The notes under the pieces are model-generated. The model saw only the letters and a list, made by a program, of their open reading frames with translations. It was not told where the DNA came from and ran no database searches. A DNA stretch of 64,000 nucleotides. It comes from Tubulanus polymorphus (Eukaryota > Animalia > Nemertea). The first letter of the stretch is position 1. Every line of letters begins with the position of its first letter. The translations under genes were made by a program, and so were the position numbers. Where the stretch lies: positions 6,014,001-6,078,000 of the forward strand of contig NC_134028.1 of the NCBI RefSeq assembly GCF_964204645.1. Direction: 5' to 3'. Below are positions 40,499 through 52,700 of this stretch, one piece after another.

Positions 40499-43400
40499 CT
40501 TTGTATTGAGGTTTCTATGCAGTTTTTAAGCGTAAAAGCCAATCCTAGATATAATATAAATTCGTGAAAAAATCTTCGTGGAATAGTGTAATCGTCATAA
40601 ATGCGGATCAGCCCACGTATTCCACTGAAGACTAGGGAAAAATGAAATATAATGGAGTCGTTGATTTTCTATATAACTGAATAGATTTACAGTTGATTAC
40701 ATAAAATTAATGAACTAGATGTCCAAACTGAGTGATAAATCGTGTAGTTATAACAATATAGTGTTTAGTCTTTTTACGCATATTCTAGTGTAGACGCATA
40801 TAATCAAACGTTATTATAAATACTTTTCTGGTCAGTGAATTTCGTGAAATGATTCTCTGCCGAGTTGTGTATAGATTCAAAAGATCGTTTTGAGTTTGAA
40901 ACCGGCGAGTTCAGTCCGAATCTACCCTCGCATTTCCAATCAGCTGCTGGGCCAGGGGCTAAACAGTTCGCCGTAATACCGGAGTTTCGAAGTTTGTACT
41001 CGAGAAACAAGCACACAAATTCTGGGTGAAATCTACCTGTTCAAATTCCATATTCAAAAGTCTATTTAACTAAATTTTCAAAATCAACAATTATCAAGAG
41101 ATCTGCTTTATTTCAAAAAGTAAAAAAAACCCAGTTCCACAGTTGTGGCTTTATTGAATAATCGAAAATAATACATTCGTATTCTATAACTTAGAAACTG
41201 GGTCGATGAATCAATTTTAGAAATGCATTTACGCGTTCAATTCATTTGTATTTTCAATCGCCGCCAAGTTGAATGCGTAGATTTCAACGGAAAAAAACGA
41301 AATCGTGAAAAGAGGACATCAACGCCAACCACAAAATTGAATATTTTGTATCAAAGTTTTGTTAACTGGCGTCAAAGTTGTTTAGTAACGATCCGTCAGG
41401 CTTCAAAAGAAACAAATGGTTTTCCATTTGAACAATTAATACTGCCGTTTAAATTGGCCCGGGCGCCAAGGAGACAATAATTATTATGCTAGCGTCTACG
41501 CGAAGGTATTCAAACGAAATGGCGGAAAAGGTGCCACATTAACCAATTTCACTGTTAAAATGTTCCGGCGTTTTGCGACACAGGGACCACACGCAAATTT
41601 AGACGCGTTTAACGAAATTACCACCAAAGAGAGCACAAGATAACATCTACACTTAAAACGGCTCACGTAGAAAAAGAGATAGCGATCTGACCACGGTTTA
41701 TAAGGGTGACGCCAACCCCTCACGCTTCCACAAGTTTGTATTGTCCTCCGTGCGTGTACAACCGATCGACTTAGCTTCATAAAACCTCTTTAATCTGGTT
41801 GTTCAAGGTCGCTTCGGTTAGTGACACCATCCCTTATAAACAATAACACGATAATCATTGTTTTTACGCAGGGAATTTAACTTGTAAACTTTACTTTTTA
41901 CTCTTTATTTCATGAAGTCAAGCGACCTTTTTTGTTGGAAGTCACGACAGTCTTTTCCTCTAAAATAAGTATCCTATCTATATAAAAAAATGAATAAATA
42001 ATTTTCCTACGATTATATCATTTTTTCATCAAGGAATTTATATTTGCAGTAAATCCGTATAGCTCTAGTTGAAAATGAATTGGTTTTGACTGCAAACATG
42101 GATCTAACTCCCACTATCAAACTGGGTCCAGACTTTTGACCAGAAATTCTGATTTACTTTTCACAAAGCGTTTCTCGCGTGCAATATTCGACCGACATGA
42201 TTCGTTGTCAATTTCTTCATCGTTTTTCTTCTTCGGTATCTTCCAGGGAACGTAGACTTTCAGAAACGCATCCCACGCTAAGTAGAACCATTTAGGTAAC
42301 ATGTTGGTCTAGTGCGTAAGTTGTAAAAGACGATTTGCTATTTTACTCGGTTATTTTGACGTTCGTTAAGTGGAGCTTTTCAACAAATAGAATTATTGTA
42401 AATAGTTGAACATCAGTCGTGGCGGCTGAGATTTCGGTGCCGAAGTTATGAGCAACGCGAATCTGTTCAAAGCTCGAGAAGCTGGCGAGCATGCTTTTAT
42501 CCGGCAGACGATTTTCTGGGGCCACACTAATGAACGGAACACGCCGCGTACAACTCTTACCGACGTAACACGTGTTGAACACGACGTGTTACATGAAATT
42601 CGAGCTTGTCGACGCTTGTAAGCTTTTACTTTATTCGTAAACTGGAGCCTGAGGTTTACTTTGAAAACAAAATAGATAATAGATTGCTTGCGTTTTTTTC
42701 CTGTTTTGTAGGTGTCCTTGAAAACGATTCTAACCTTCCGGATATTTTCGGATAAGGCACGCGAAAGAGAAAGGTTAAGAACAAAGAAACTGGTCGTCTG
42801 ATGTTGGGGATTGGTCTTCAGATCTGTCAGAAAAATCTGTCAAAAGTTTATGTCCTTTTCGTTTTTTATGAAAAAGAAAAGTTTTAGAAAATGAATAAAA
42901 CACATTATGTTGAGTGCATCGTCCGGTGAAATGGTCCTGAATTAGCACTTTCCATGAGACTTGATCCTCATCCTTTCACGTTTCCTCAATTGTTCCATCC
43001 GAACAAAAATTGACCACCGAACACGCGAATAAAACAGCATAGAATCACATTTATTGCGTCAAAAAATAGACATTTTCTTCACAAAACGTAAGGTACAATC
43101 TACATATAACATACACCGAAGAAACAAAGTAGAAAAACCACGAACTAAGTTAACAATAATACAACTAAAAACATGTACTAATATGTACAATATAAAGGAT
43201 TTGACTTTTTTTTCTTAAAAAACATCAACGATGTATACACAACACTTTGGCAAAAAATCAAACCAAACAAACCTATAACGTACAAGAGGAGTAAGCCTTT
43301 AAATGGGAAGTTTGAGGGGTTAGAACGGAGAATATACATACAGTAACGGATTGTTCCAGTTCAAGATCTTAAAGACCGAATTCATCAGATTTGAATGGAT

Positions 43401-43579
43401 ACACCCCTCACTCGATGTCATCTCCGAACTTTGTCTCAGTTCGAAGGCGTTTTTACGAGCAAATCCGATTTTTGCGATCGGTCGGAATGGCGTTCTCGTT
43501 CAAAACATACATTTTCATCTAATATCTGTACAGTTTAATCGGTTAAAACGGAAGCAGATCAAGGTCAAGGTAAACTTAA

Positions 43580-43616
43580 GCATGGACTCTAAAACGGATC
43601 GTTTTAGAGTCCATGC
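43580..43616. repeat. Perfect 17-bp-arm palindrome (mini foldback element)
   Basis: gcatggactctaaaacg-gat-cgttttagagtccatgc. A decayed relative lies at about 30866-30899 (accatgggcccttaga...tctagagtccatgt). Confidence 0.85.
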
Positions 43617-43755
43617 CTTAAGCAGACGAACTTGTGAAGTTTTACGTCTTTTAGTGAATATCACATTATGCTTTTGAGGGACGGGCACATTATTCGCTAC
43701 ACTGAAACTTTAAGACGCATCAACCACACGGATGGTTTGGTATAAAAGTTCAAGG

Positions 43756-46700
43756 TCACTCAGTTTGCGAATCGGATCTTTGGCCGACTCGTATCAAGCG
43801 GGCGTGTTCTCTTTCGTGTTCGTTCAACAGGTGGCGCTCCTCTTCCATCAGCGCCCGGTGTTTCATCAGTGTTTGGTAACTGTCTTCTCTTTGAGCGTGC
43901 ATCTGAAATGTATTTAATGATAAAACTCTGAATTACCAGGTATGCATTTTCCTATCCGAGCGCAGCAGGTTGCACATGGGTTATCGTATAATACGCCTTA
44001 TTTCGGGGATGCAACCCTCCCCGAATCAGACCCTAGATCAACATCTTTCCAGACCAAACAAAAACCACGACTCGAAAGCGATGGTTCGTCGTGGTATTGA
44101 ACTCGGTCGTCTTAATGATCGAGTATACAGTTCATTACACGTTTACGATATGACCATCGTCGTCGGTGCAAAGATGGAAAAATGGCTTTCGCGTCGATGA
44201 ATCTTTTCTCACCGCAAATCGTTAACGAACAGTAATTTGACGCTCGTTTTCATTCGCCGTAAAACTAGAGCCCGCGCGCGGCGCGCTATCCCCGCCGCGG
44301 TCGATATCGATATATCTTTACCCATCAAAAAGAACAACCGAGACCCGATGCGAAAATCCGGATGCGGCTCCATATTTCAATAATGTGGGATCGGATTTCG
44401 GGACAGTACGGAATAATCCCGCGTATATATATATAATCACGCGAAAAATATGTACAAAAGTCGGATGTAATTGAAACGTTTTTTAAGTCGCAGCGATCAA
44501 TTTCGGCCCACAAGAAGGCATAAGCTTAAGTCAAGGTTGTATTCAAAACCTATAATTTTTAAGTAACTTCAGTCGCAGGGCTAGGATTCGCTGACAGTCA
44601 AACGACTCGATGAGGGTAGTTAAGATTTAAATCGATTTTGCGGATTTCGAAAATCACAACACCGTACGACTGAGACCTGGAATCAGTTTGAACGATATAT
44701 CTAACTTAAGAATAAGAAACTCGGTTGGTTTCCTACAAGTTGGTTTTTACAAGTGAATATCTGATATTAATGAAGTGAAAACCCACGATATGATGAAACT
44801 AAATGAGAATTTGACGTTTCAACCAAATTCTATCGGCCATTTTCAAAAACTGAAAAAGTAGTTTTTGAAATTGGCTAGAGAATTGGGTATAAACGTCATA
44901 TTCTCATTTAGTTTTTTCATTTTATTGTGGTTTTTACTTCATAGAACTAGGTTGTTTAACTCTGCGACGTTATAGGCATCGCTGTTCAACGCGATTTTCG
45001 AAGTCAATGACGACAAAATTTACATAATTGCGGAAGACCTAACGCGAGATCGAGTCAGAAATTTGCTAACGCTCCAAAGCGTCGCTTCATTGTGATATAG
45101 CGAATGAAAAGTTAGAGATTTTTCACCGATACAAAATAAGCAAACACTTCACGTGACAGCGATGACCCGTCTTCAAACTGATATAACACGGCACCAACAA
45201 AAACGATTATTGTGTCAATGGTTATGTTATGTATTCGGGATATTCTTGACACAAGGAGAGAAATCAAAATTTGTTTACCACCGCAGCCGATATAACAGTG
45301 TTGCGTTGTCGATGTGAGAGCGAGAACTTTACACGAAATAATGATCTCAATGTCACTCTAGGAAGATAATCGCGCATTTCTCGGAATAACATTCGATAAT
45401 TATCAACGAATTTGATGGTAAACATGATTTCACGCCTAAGTGACGAGTCCCACCCTCGATGAACAGATAAGGTGTCGATATTGGATATGACACACCCGAA
45501 ACGCGAGATATTTCATTTACGAGTTCATTCAAATAAACCGATTAAGAAACCAAACTCAGCTCGCGGCGCCCAGGTTTCTGGAGGGACTAGTAAATTTTCT
45601 TCGAGGCAAGCGAATTCCGGAGCAGTCCTGGCGACAACGGGTCATCGTCACATGAATTTTAAACATTTTTCCTATTCTGTGGGGCATCTGGAACCCTTTC
45701 CACCGATGGGCCAGGAATTGTGGCTCAATGGAAAATTGGACATCAGGGGTGGATCCAGGGGACTCGGTGAGACAAGTCCATCAAAGAAATGCCCTTTTTG
45801 TATTATCAACAAACAGAAAATCGGTGCAATTCAGTGCGGGAATTAAATATTGCCTTTTTGGACTTGACTAGTTACAAGTGACAAAATTAGACACCAGCAG
45901 ATAGTTGGGGATGTAATGACTTCAATTAGCCCCTCAGTGCTGAGATTACCTAAAATTGCCTTTTTGAACATCAAAGTGCCCTTGTGAGACGTGAAAGGTT
46001 CTCCAAAATAAAATTAGCCCGTGGATCCGCCTCTGGACACTTGAAGGCCCAAATTAGAACCCGACGCTCATTACGGCGTTTTTAATTGGAACCGGACCCT
46101 TTGGACCATGCTTTCATCTTCAGTTCGGATTTTGGAGTTGCCACTCTCTCGCATTGTTTGCTCTACGAACAGTTAAACGTCTTTCCCTGTGTGAAGGCTG
46201 CTGAACAGACGGCCTTATGATACGAGGTACGTATCATAAATGGTATCTTTATGATGCTGATATAAAGTTGATGGTTGCATTATAAACTAATGGACGATAC
46301 CATATAAAATAGCATAATGCTCTGAGAAACTACATTATCCGCAAATTACATTTGCCAGGGATTGTTTCAGATGACTTAGTAGCTCAACATCAGGGGTGAG
46401 CGTAGCGTATATTGAAGGATTTCCGTAGTAATCAGGGATGTACAACACGGATAGTTAAGTATTTTCAGATTTTACCTAACAATCAGGTTCCTTGACAGCT
46501 TAAGGAAGCATTTTGATGAAGACAATCGAGATGGTATAATAATGACAGCCCTGCAAGGACAGATTTATGGGATGCACCAAAACCGAGGGCGGAACCACGC
46601 GGAACACCAATTGAGGTCGTTGACTTGGCTGCTTTATCCGAAACATACCCTTTCTTTTCTCCTGGACCCCGGCCTTGCAATTTCCCTAGATCAGTCGCTG

Positions 46701-49700
46701 GCTCTGTGTATCAAGGGAAAGCCATGATTTTCTAAAACTTCTTTTTCTGGTAGTTGACGGTTCGAAACAATGCGCGCGGAGCGAATAGTGATGTATATTC
46801 ATCAGGAACTGGATACCCCTGACTGCGGCGTCGTTAATATCCGTGATGAACATGAAATTCGAACCCGAACAGCGACAAGTGATTAGAAAAGGATAAATGA
46901 TCAGTGGGCGCTGTTGACGATCACAGCGAGAAACGCTGGCTATATATAGATTCGAATGTCACACGAATGAGATGAGAAATTTGCGCATGATTTAGGGATT
47001 AATATCAAAACCACACCCAGTTACGTACTACCGTTCAATATCCATTGCTCTAAACGAGCAACTCCTTGCTATGAAATACGCTTTCCTTCAATGTCCATCG
47101 AACAACAGTAAAACTTTATGAAGAAAAAGAACTAACTTGAAAGTTTGAAGGTTTTGTGCGAGTCGTTGTGCACTACATCATCAATATTGGCGTTCAAAAT
47201 AACAATTACGATTTCGATTTTTTTCCGATTATAATTCAATATATTTCATAACTGTTATTTTATATTTGAGAGATTATGATCTTTAGAGGATGCGCACTAC
47301 GTCATCAATACATCGCGGTCAGACTGGTTGCCGGTCATTTCGATTGGATCATCGATACATTCAAATTCAAAATAACTTTATATTGAATCCTAATATCATA
47401 TGATTTATATCATATTATTCATTGTCGACGATGTAATTTTTCGAGGCATCGATAAACTTTCAAGTTAGTTTTCTTGTGAAAGTTCCAAACACTATTTTAA
47501 AGAAGACCATATAAGAATCCAAAAATAGTTATTTGTATCAATACGTTTTCGCTGAAACAAGAAATTCAGAAACAAAAATTGTTCAGCGTTTCTTTACGAA
47601 TAAACGATTTCCGCACGAAATTAAAAGGAAATGAGGTTTAAAAAATCGGTTACATTTCTTTCTACGAAGAATGTTTGGAAATTCCGTGAGTAATTCCTAT
47701 TATTATGTATGCCGCAGGGCTCGTAACAATCGTGACTCGCGAACCGCAGAGCGCGCAAAACGCCAAAAAATGGTCGACGCCAATTAAGCCAAAAGCTATA
47801 ACAAAAGATTAACCTCTTTACGTTGTGAATAGCGCGTCGAATTTCGTAAATCACAACATAATTTAAGACGTTGAATGAAGCGCATAGAAACGGGCAACTT
47901 TGAGGCCCGGCGAGGGAGGGACGGGTAATTCAAGGAAGGGTATCATTATCACAGTGGTGTAGCGTTAATAAGGCAATGAATGGGGACGCGTGAAACTACA
48001 CGTAGAAGTGGCCACTGACTGGGAGAGATGAGTCGAACGCGCCGGGATCGGTTAGAAGTGTCTCCGGGTTCGTTTATGGATCATTCGTGATTGAATTCAT
48101 TTCGTATGCGCGACTGAATAAAGGCTAACCCGGCGTTGTGTATTTTTCGAATTTAAACCTATTCACCCCGGCCGCGCCACTGGTAGGCCTACACGCCACG
48201 AAAGTAAACAGGGACCCTTAAAAACATTTCTCTGACGTTACTTCGCCATTAGAGGGTCACGTCTCCCCTAAACAATTCAGTAATAATTTATTTGACTTTT
48301 TTGAATTTATAAAGGTCAATGATCAACCAATCATCGCGTTAAATGCAGTCACCTGACCTACGCCAGACGTACGGACGAATCAACGCGAGATGATCGATAA
48401 ACCTCCGTGGACCATGATTACCGCATCCTTAGTACCGAAACCGGGACCTCAGATGTTACGTAACCCTCGGTTATAGCTTGGCTTCTGAAACGAATCCATG
48501 GTTATGGCGAACAGATTTTCTGATATATTTCGAAGTTCGTTACAAACGACTGAATCTCATCAAGAAAAATCTACACCGAAAACTTCGTACAGTACGCGAG
48601 CACGCATGAAATAGCTATATCAGATTAATACAGATAATATTTATACGTATGAATTCTGGAAACCAGTTGCAGAAGAATGCTACGAAATTAGCAATATAGC
48701 TAACATAAGTCATCCAAATAATCCGAAATTCCAGACTGCTTCGTCATAAAATAATAGAGTTGTGTAATCAATTACCAGGCGATTCCTGTCTAAAGAAATG
48801 AGATTACACCATCTTCGTCCAGTTTTCTAGTAAAGTATCGCATGGAAATCAATACAGTAAACATCGCACCTAACTCGGACAAACTGGAACTTTGGTGTGA
48901 GTCAAGGGTAGAAAAATACGTTAGGAAATCAGAAAATGATTGAAAATGAAAATTTCATGAAATGAAAGCCCGAGTTGGCCGGGTATACAACCTGAAAATG
49001 TAGGGGGAGCAAGGTATTTTCAGGAACTATATTCTTATGACAAACGAGGATGGGTGGCTGATAAGTTTCTATTACGAAAATAGTGAATTATTTGCTACAG
49101 GGACTGTATTACTGACAATCAGTAGCGGGATGGCTGCTAACAGTACTGGAAGTATCAGTTTACGATCACTGAGATATTGACAAATTTGTTGTAGCCTGTA
49201 TAACTATCATTATAGAAATACATCGACGAATCAGTGACCAAATATGAGAAATCGACTATCAAAGTCTCAAGTGAATATAATCTGTGAAGTCTATACCCGA
49301 GAAAACCTTGACTTAATTAGATACCTTCAACAGTTATGTAATCACTATCGTCTCTATGACCAATCAGATCAATCGCTTAAATCAATAGTCGATAATGGTA
49401 AATCCAATCGCTTTTCATCTAGAGTAAATTATACGGTTATATCTTCCGAGAATTCTAAGAATATTTCTTTCAGAATCATCAGAATTGAAAGCGCAAAAGT
49501 ATAAGCCTACTTTAGAAATTAAAAACATTTTAAAAGCAATGGTCTGAGGAATGAAATGACCGAATTGGTAATTCAAGAGAGTGAAACCAGGGAAGTGAGT
49601 CTCATTGCACTTCGTTCCATAATTCGCTTCAATTCGCGTTCAAGTTTCTTAGCGCCAGAAAGTCTTCTTTAAAGATGCTGCAAGTACCGGGATATTCAAC

Positions 49701-52700
49701 TCCCCGCAAGAGGTCAAACAGGAAAGTGAAGCTCTTCAAAAGCTAATTAATAAATCATTAACTTCGTAGAAGACGCTGTACGAGGCTCTCAGGTAGACAG
49801 ATACGGCTGTAATACATCTGACAGATTATAATAACTTAGTCGTGCGCGTCGACGTATAAAACCATTGTGACTAATTTCAGATTAATACCTGCCGTCTCGG
49901 CGTACTGTAATCAAGCTAATGGCGAACAACGGACACATTAGCGTCAAACATCATTTAGAAATCCCTTCGGAATGGAAAAAATCTCTCCGGACGCGACACG
50001 ATCGCAATCGGAACCAACCGGCGAACTTTCACCGCCGTGTCTATGAATCATTCGTCAGGGAGCAGACGATTGTTTGAAGCAAAAGAGTTCATCAACTCCG
50101 GCGAGATATGAAATTACAGATATCCACCGTTGTCAGAAGTCAGTCGTACTGTGTGATATTCGAGACCGGTAATTGTGCTCGCTGTTATACCTGGATCCCG
50201 ATGAGATTTCGTTTTTCGTCTTTGTCGATGAAAAAATCGATCGGAATTTTCATTAAACATACATAGACATAACCGGTCTCAACTTACACGAAAAAACCTT
50301 CAGAGGACTTTCACAGAACGATCGACTGAATATTTCATAGATTTGAAATCCTCTGATTTGATAAGCACTCGACGTTCGGACAATGGCTTATCTTTACAAC
50401 TGAGCAAGCAAAGAATATATGAACTCTTATTCCAAGCAATGTCTCATTGGGTTGACTTTCAATCTTTCAACTTGATAGAAAACCGTTATTTCCTCGCATC
50501 TTTCAAAATATCTTCCATCGTTATATTGTAAGGCTAGTTTTTGTTCAAAGGTAAAATCGTCAACAAATAACAAACTCTAAATTTGTTTTCTATGATGTCA
50601 AAGTTAAAGGGAATTTCCCCCGTGAAGATCTATGTTTGAAATAATCTTTTGATTTATAAACGAATTTTCTTCCAATTTCCGTCGTTGTGTATAAAGCCAC
50701 CTGCGCGAGAACTTCCTGTATCGCCGTACCAGACACGTAGAACCTAATCAGCGAGCACAGATTAATCTTTTCCCCGGGTCGATAACGAATTGATCCTTAA
50801 ACTATCGCAAACAAGATCAATACGGATTTCTCAAAGTCTCCGTCTTCGCCAAGAATATATAAAGTGTCATTACATTCGCCTATCGCAAGGCGCTTAAAGA
50901 GCGAGTCTCGAAAGCCATTCCGAAGCCGACACCGTCGCAATCGCTGAAATAAACTTCCTTCAATTCAACTACGACTTCATGGCATATAAATTTACACTAT
51001 TCAAGATCCAAATGACATTTGCCTTAACATGAAATTATTTTAGTCGAATAGTCCATACACGCTGACGTGGAGAATAGACGTACCACACCTGACGATGGTT
51101 GCTAGAAAGGGTCTGAAACGTTGTGTCTTCTGATTTCAATTTTTAATAAAAGTAGCTTTTAATCTGTTCAATTTTGTATATAGTGGGTTGGAAATCATTT
51201 TGACTGCAGTTTCAATGAGTCCTTCCAGCTCATTCGAGTAAAGAGCTCTGGCCTGATGAAGTACAACTTTCAGAGCATCACGAAAAGAGTTTTTAAAGTA
51301 TAACCACGATCTAAAATCGTATTTGTAATTTTCACTTAGATACTTAGAGGCGGCATGAAAAAGAAGATATTTGAAATGAATAATTTGAATGAATAAATAA
51401 TTTTGTGAAAAAAAATCGCTGTTGCTCAAAGATTCAACGTAAAAACCCGCAAAAATGACATGAAAACAAGAGGGTGAAAATGGTCGCTGCGACATTTTTT
51501 GTGACTGACCACTCAACCATCACCGCAACACTACTCGGAAATCTCCATCCAATACTGTACCGCAGTATCATATTCACATTCAACGCATGCATCCGTTTCT
51601 TTTTAAATATCGGAGCAGTATCACTTTTCTGTTTAGAATTCTTCAGGAGATGTCTTCAGAAACTGCGGCTGGTAACAATACATCTCATCTTTTATTTAAA
51701 ACGGCGATGGTCAGTAGCAGACGACTTTTACTAATGGGATAATTAATTACATGTGAACACGAGGGGGGACGGGCAGATGGAAACATGTTTACGCTTTCTA
51801 CGAGATTAGTCTTAACACAGCAGGACTCGTAGCAGTCAGACTCCCCACAAATCTGTAATTCTTGAATATAAGGACTTTTCGAGGACATTTCAAATTTCGA
51901 GGAAGCATCTGCATCATTTTCATTTCCCAATTACAGTAGACTACTCCGAAATCGGTACTGTTTATCTCGTAAACCAATAATTCAGAGGTCTTGTAAGCAA
52001 ATTTTAATCCTTAAACACTACCTAACCTTGGTTTCTAATTTGGCAGCCGCCTAATTCGGTAAAATGAAATCCTAACTGTACCAATTTAGGCATATACTGT
52101 ACTACAAACTAGACAAAAATTTCTAATTGCCTATTTATCAAAATTAAAGCAGTCTTAAAAATGAGATTCTGACATTTAGCTCCAATTAGATTAAGCTTTC
52201 AAGGGCCTTTAAAAGCATTTTCAGTTTACCAGGAGTTATTAAGGAATCGAGGAGTCGTAAGGACCCTGCTCATATATCGGTAGGCCGTACATACCTTTGC
52301 GAGTTCAGCTTGTTCCCGTTGTAGTTTCTGATGAATATCTTTCTCGTTATTCGACCGTTCGATCATCTCCTGTTTGAGTTTGAGGGCGTTTTCACGTTTT
52401 AGACTAGCTAGCTGTGATTGCAGATGGCGCACGACTTGTTCTTGTTTCTGACGATTGTATTCGGTGTTTCGAACTTTGTTGAACAAATCGTGTTCGACAT
52501 CTTCGTCTTTCTTGACTGTTTTCTATTTTTACACGCAACAGAAACAAAATCAAAAATATGTTATCTATTCAAAAATCATTATGTTATAGCAAAAATACCA
52601 CAACAAACTCGAATAAAAACAGAAATGATCATTGTTGAATATTCATTAATTTCAGAATTTTTGAGAAAAACTTTTCTTGGTACATATCAGTGGATGTGCT

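Noticed and set aside
46487-46735. Exon-like GC-richer segment on the + strand inside the large intron
   Set aside because: Only short frames, no partner exons and no recognisable protein; possibly a transposon fragment.
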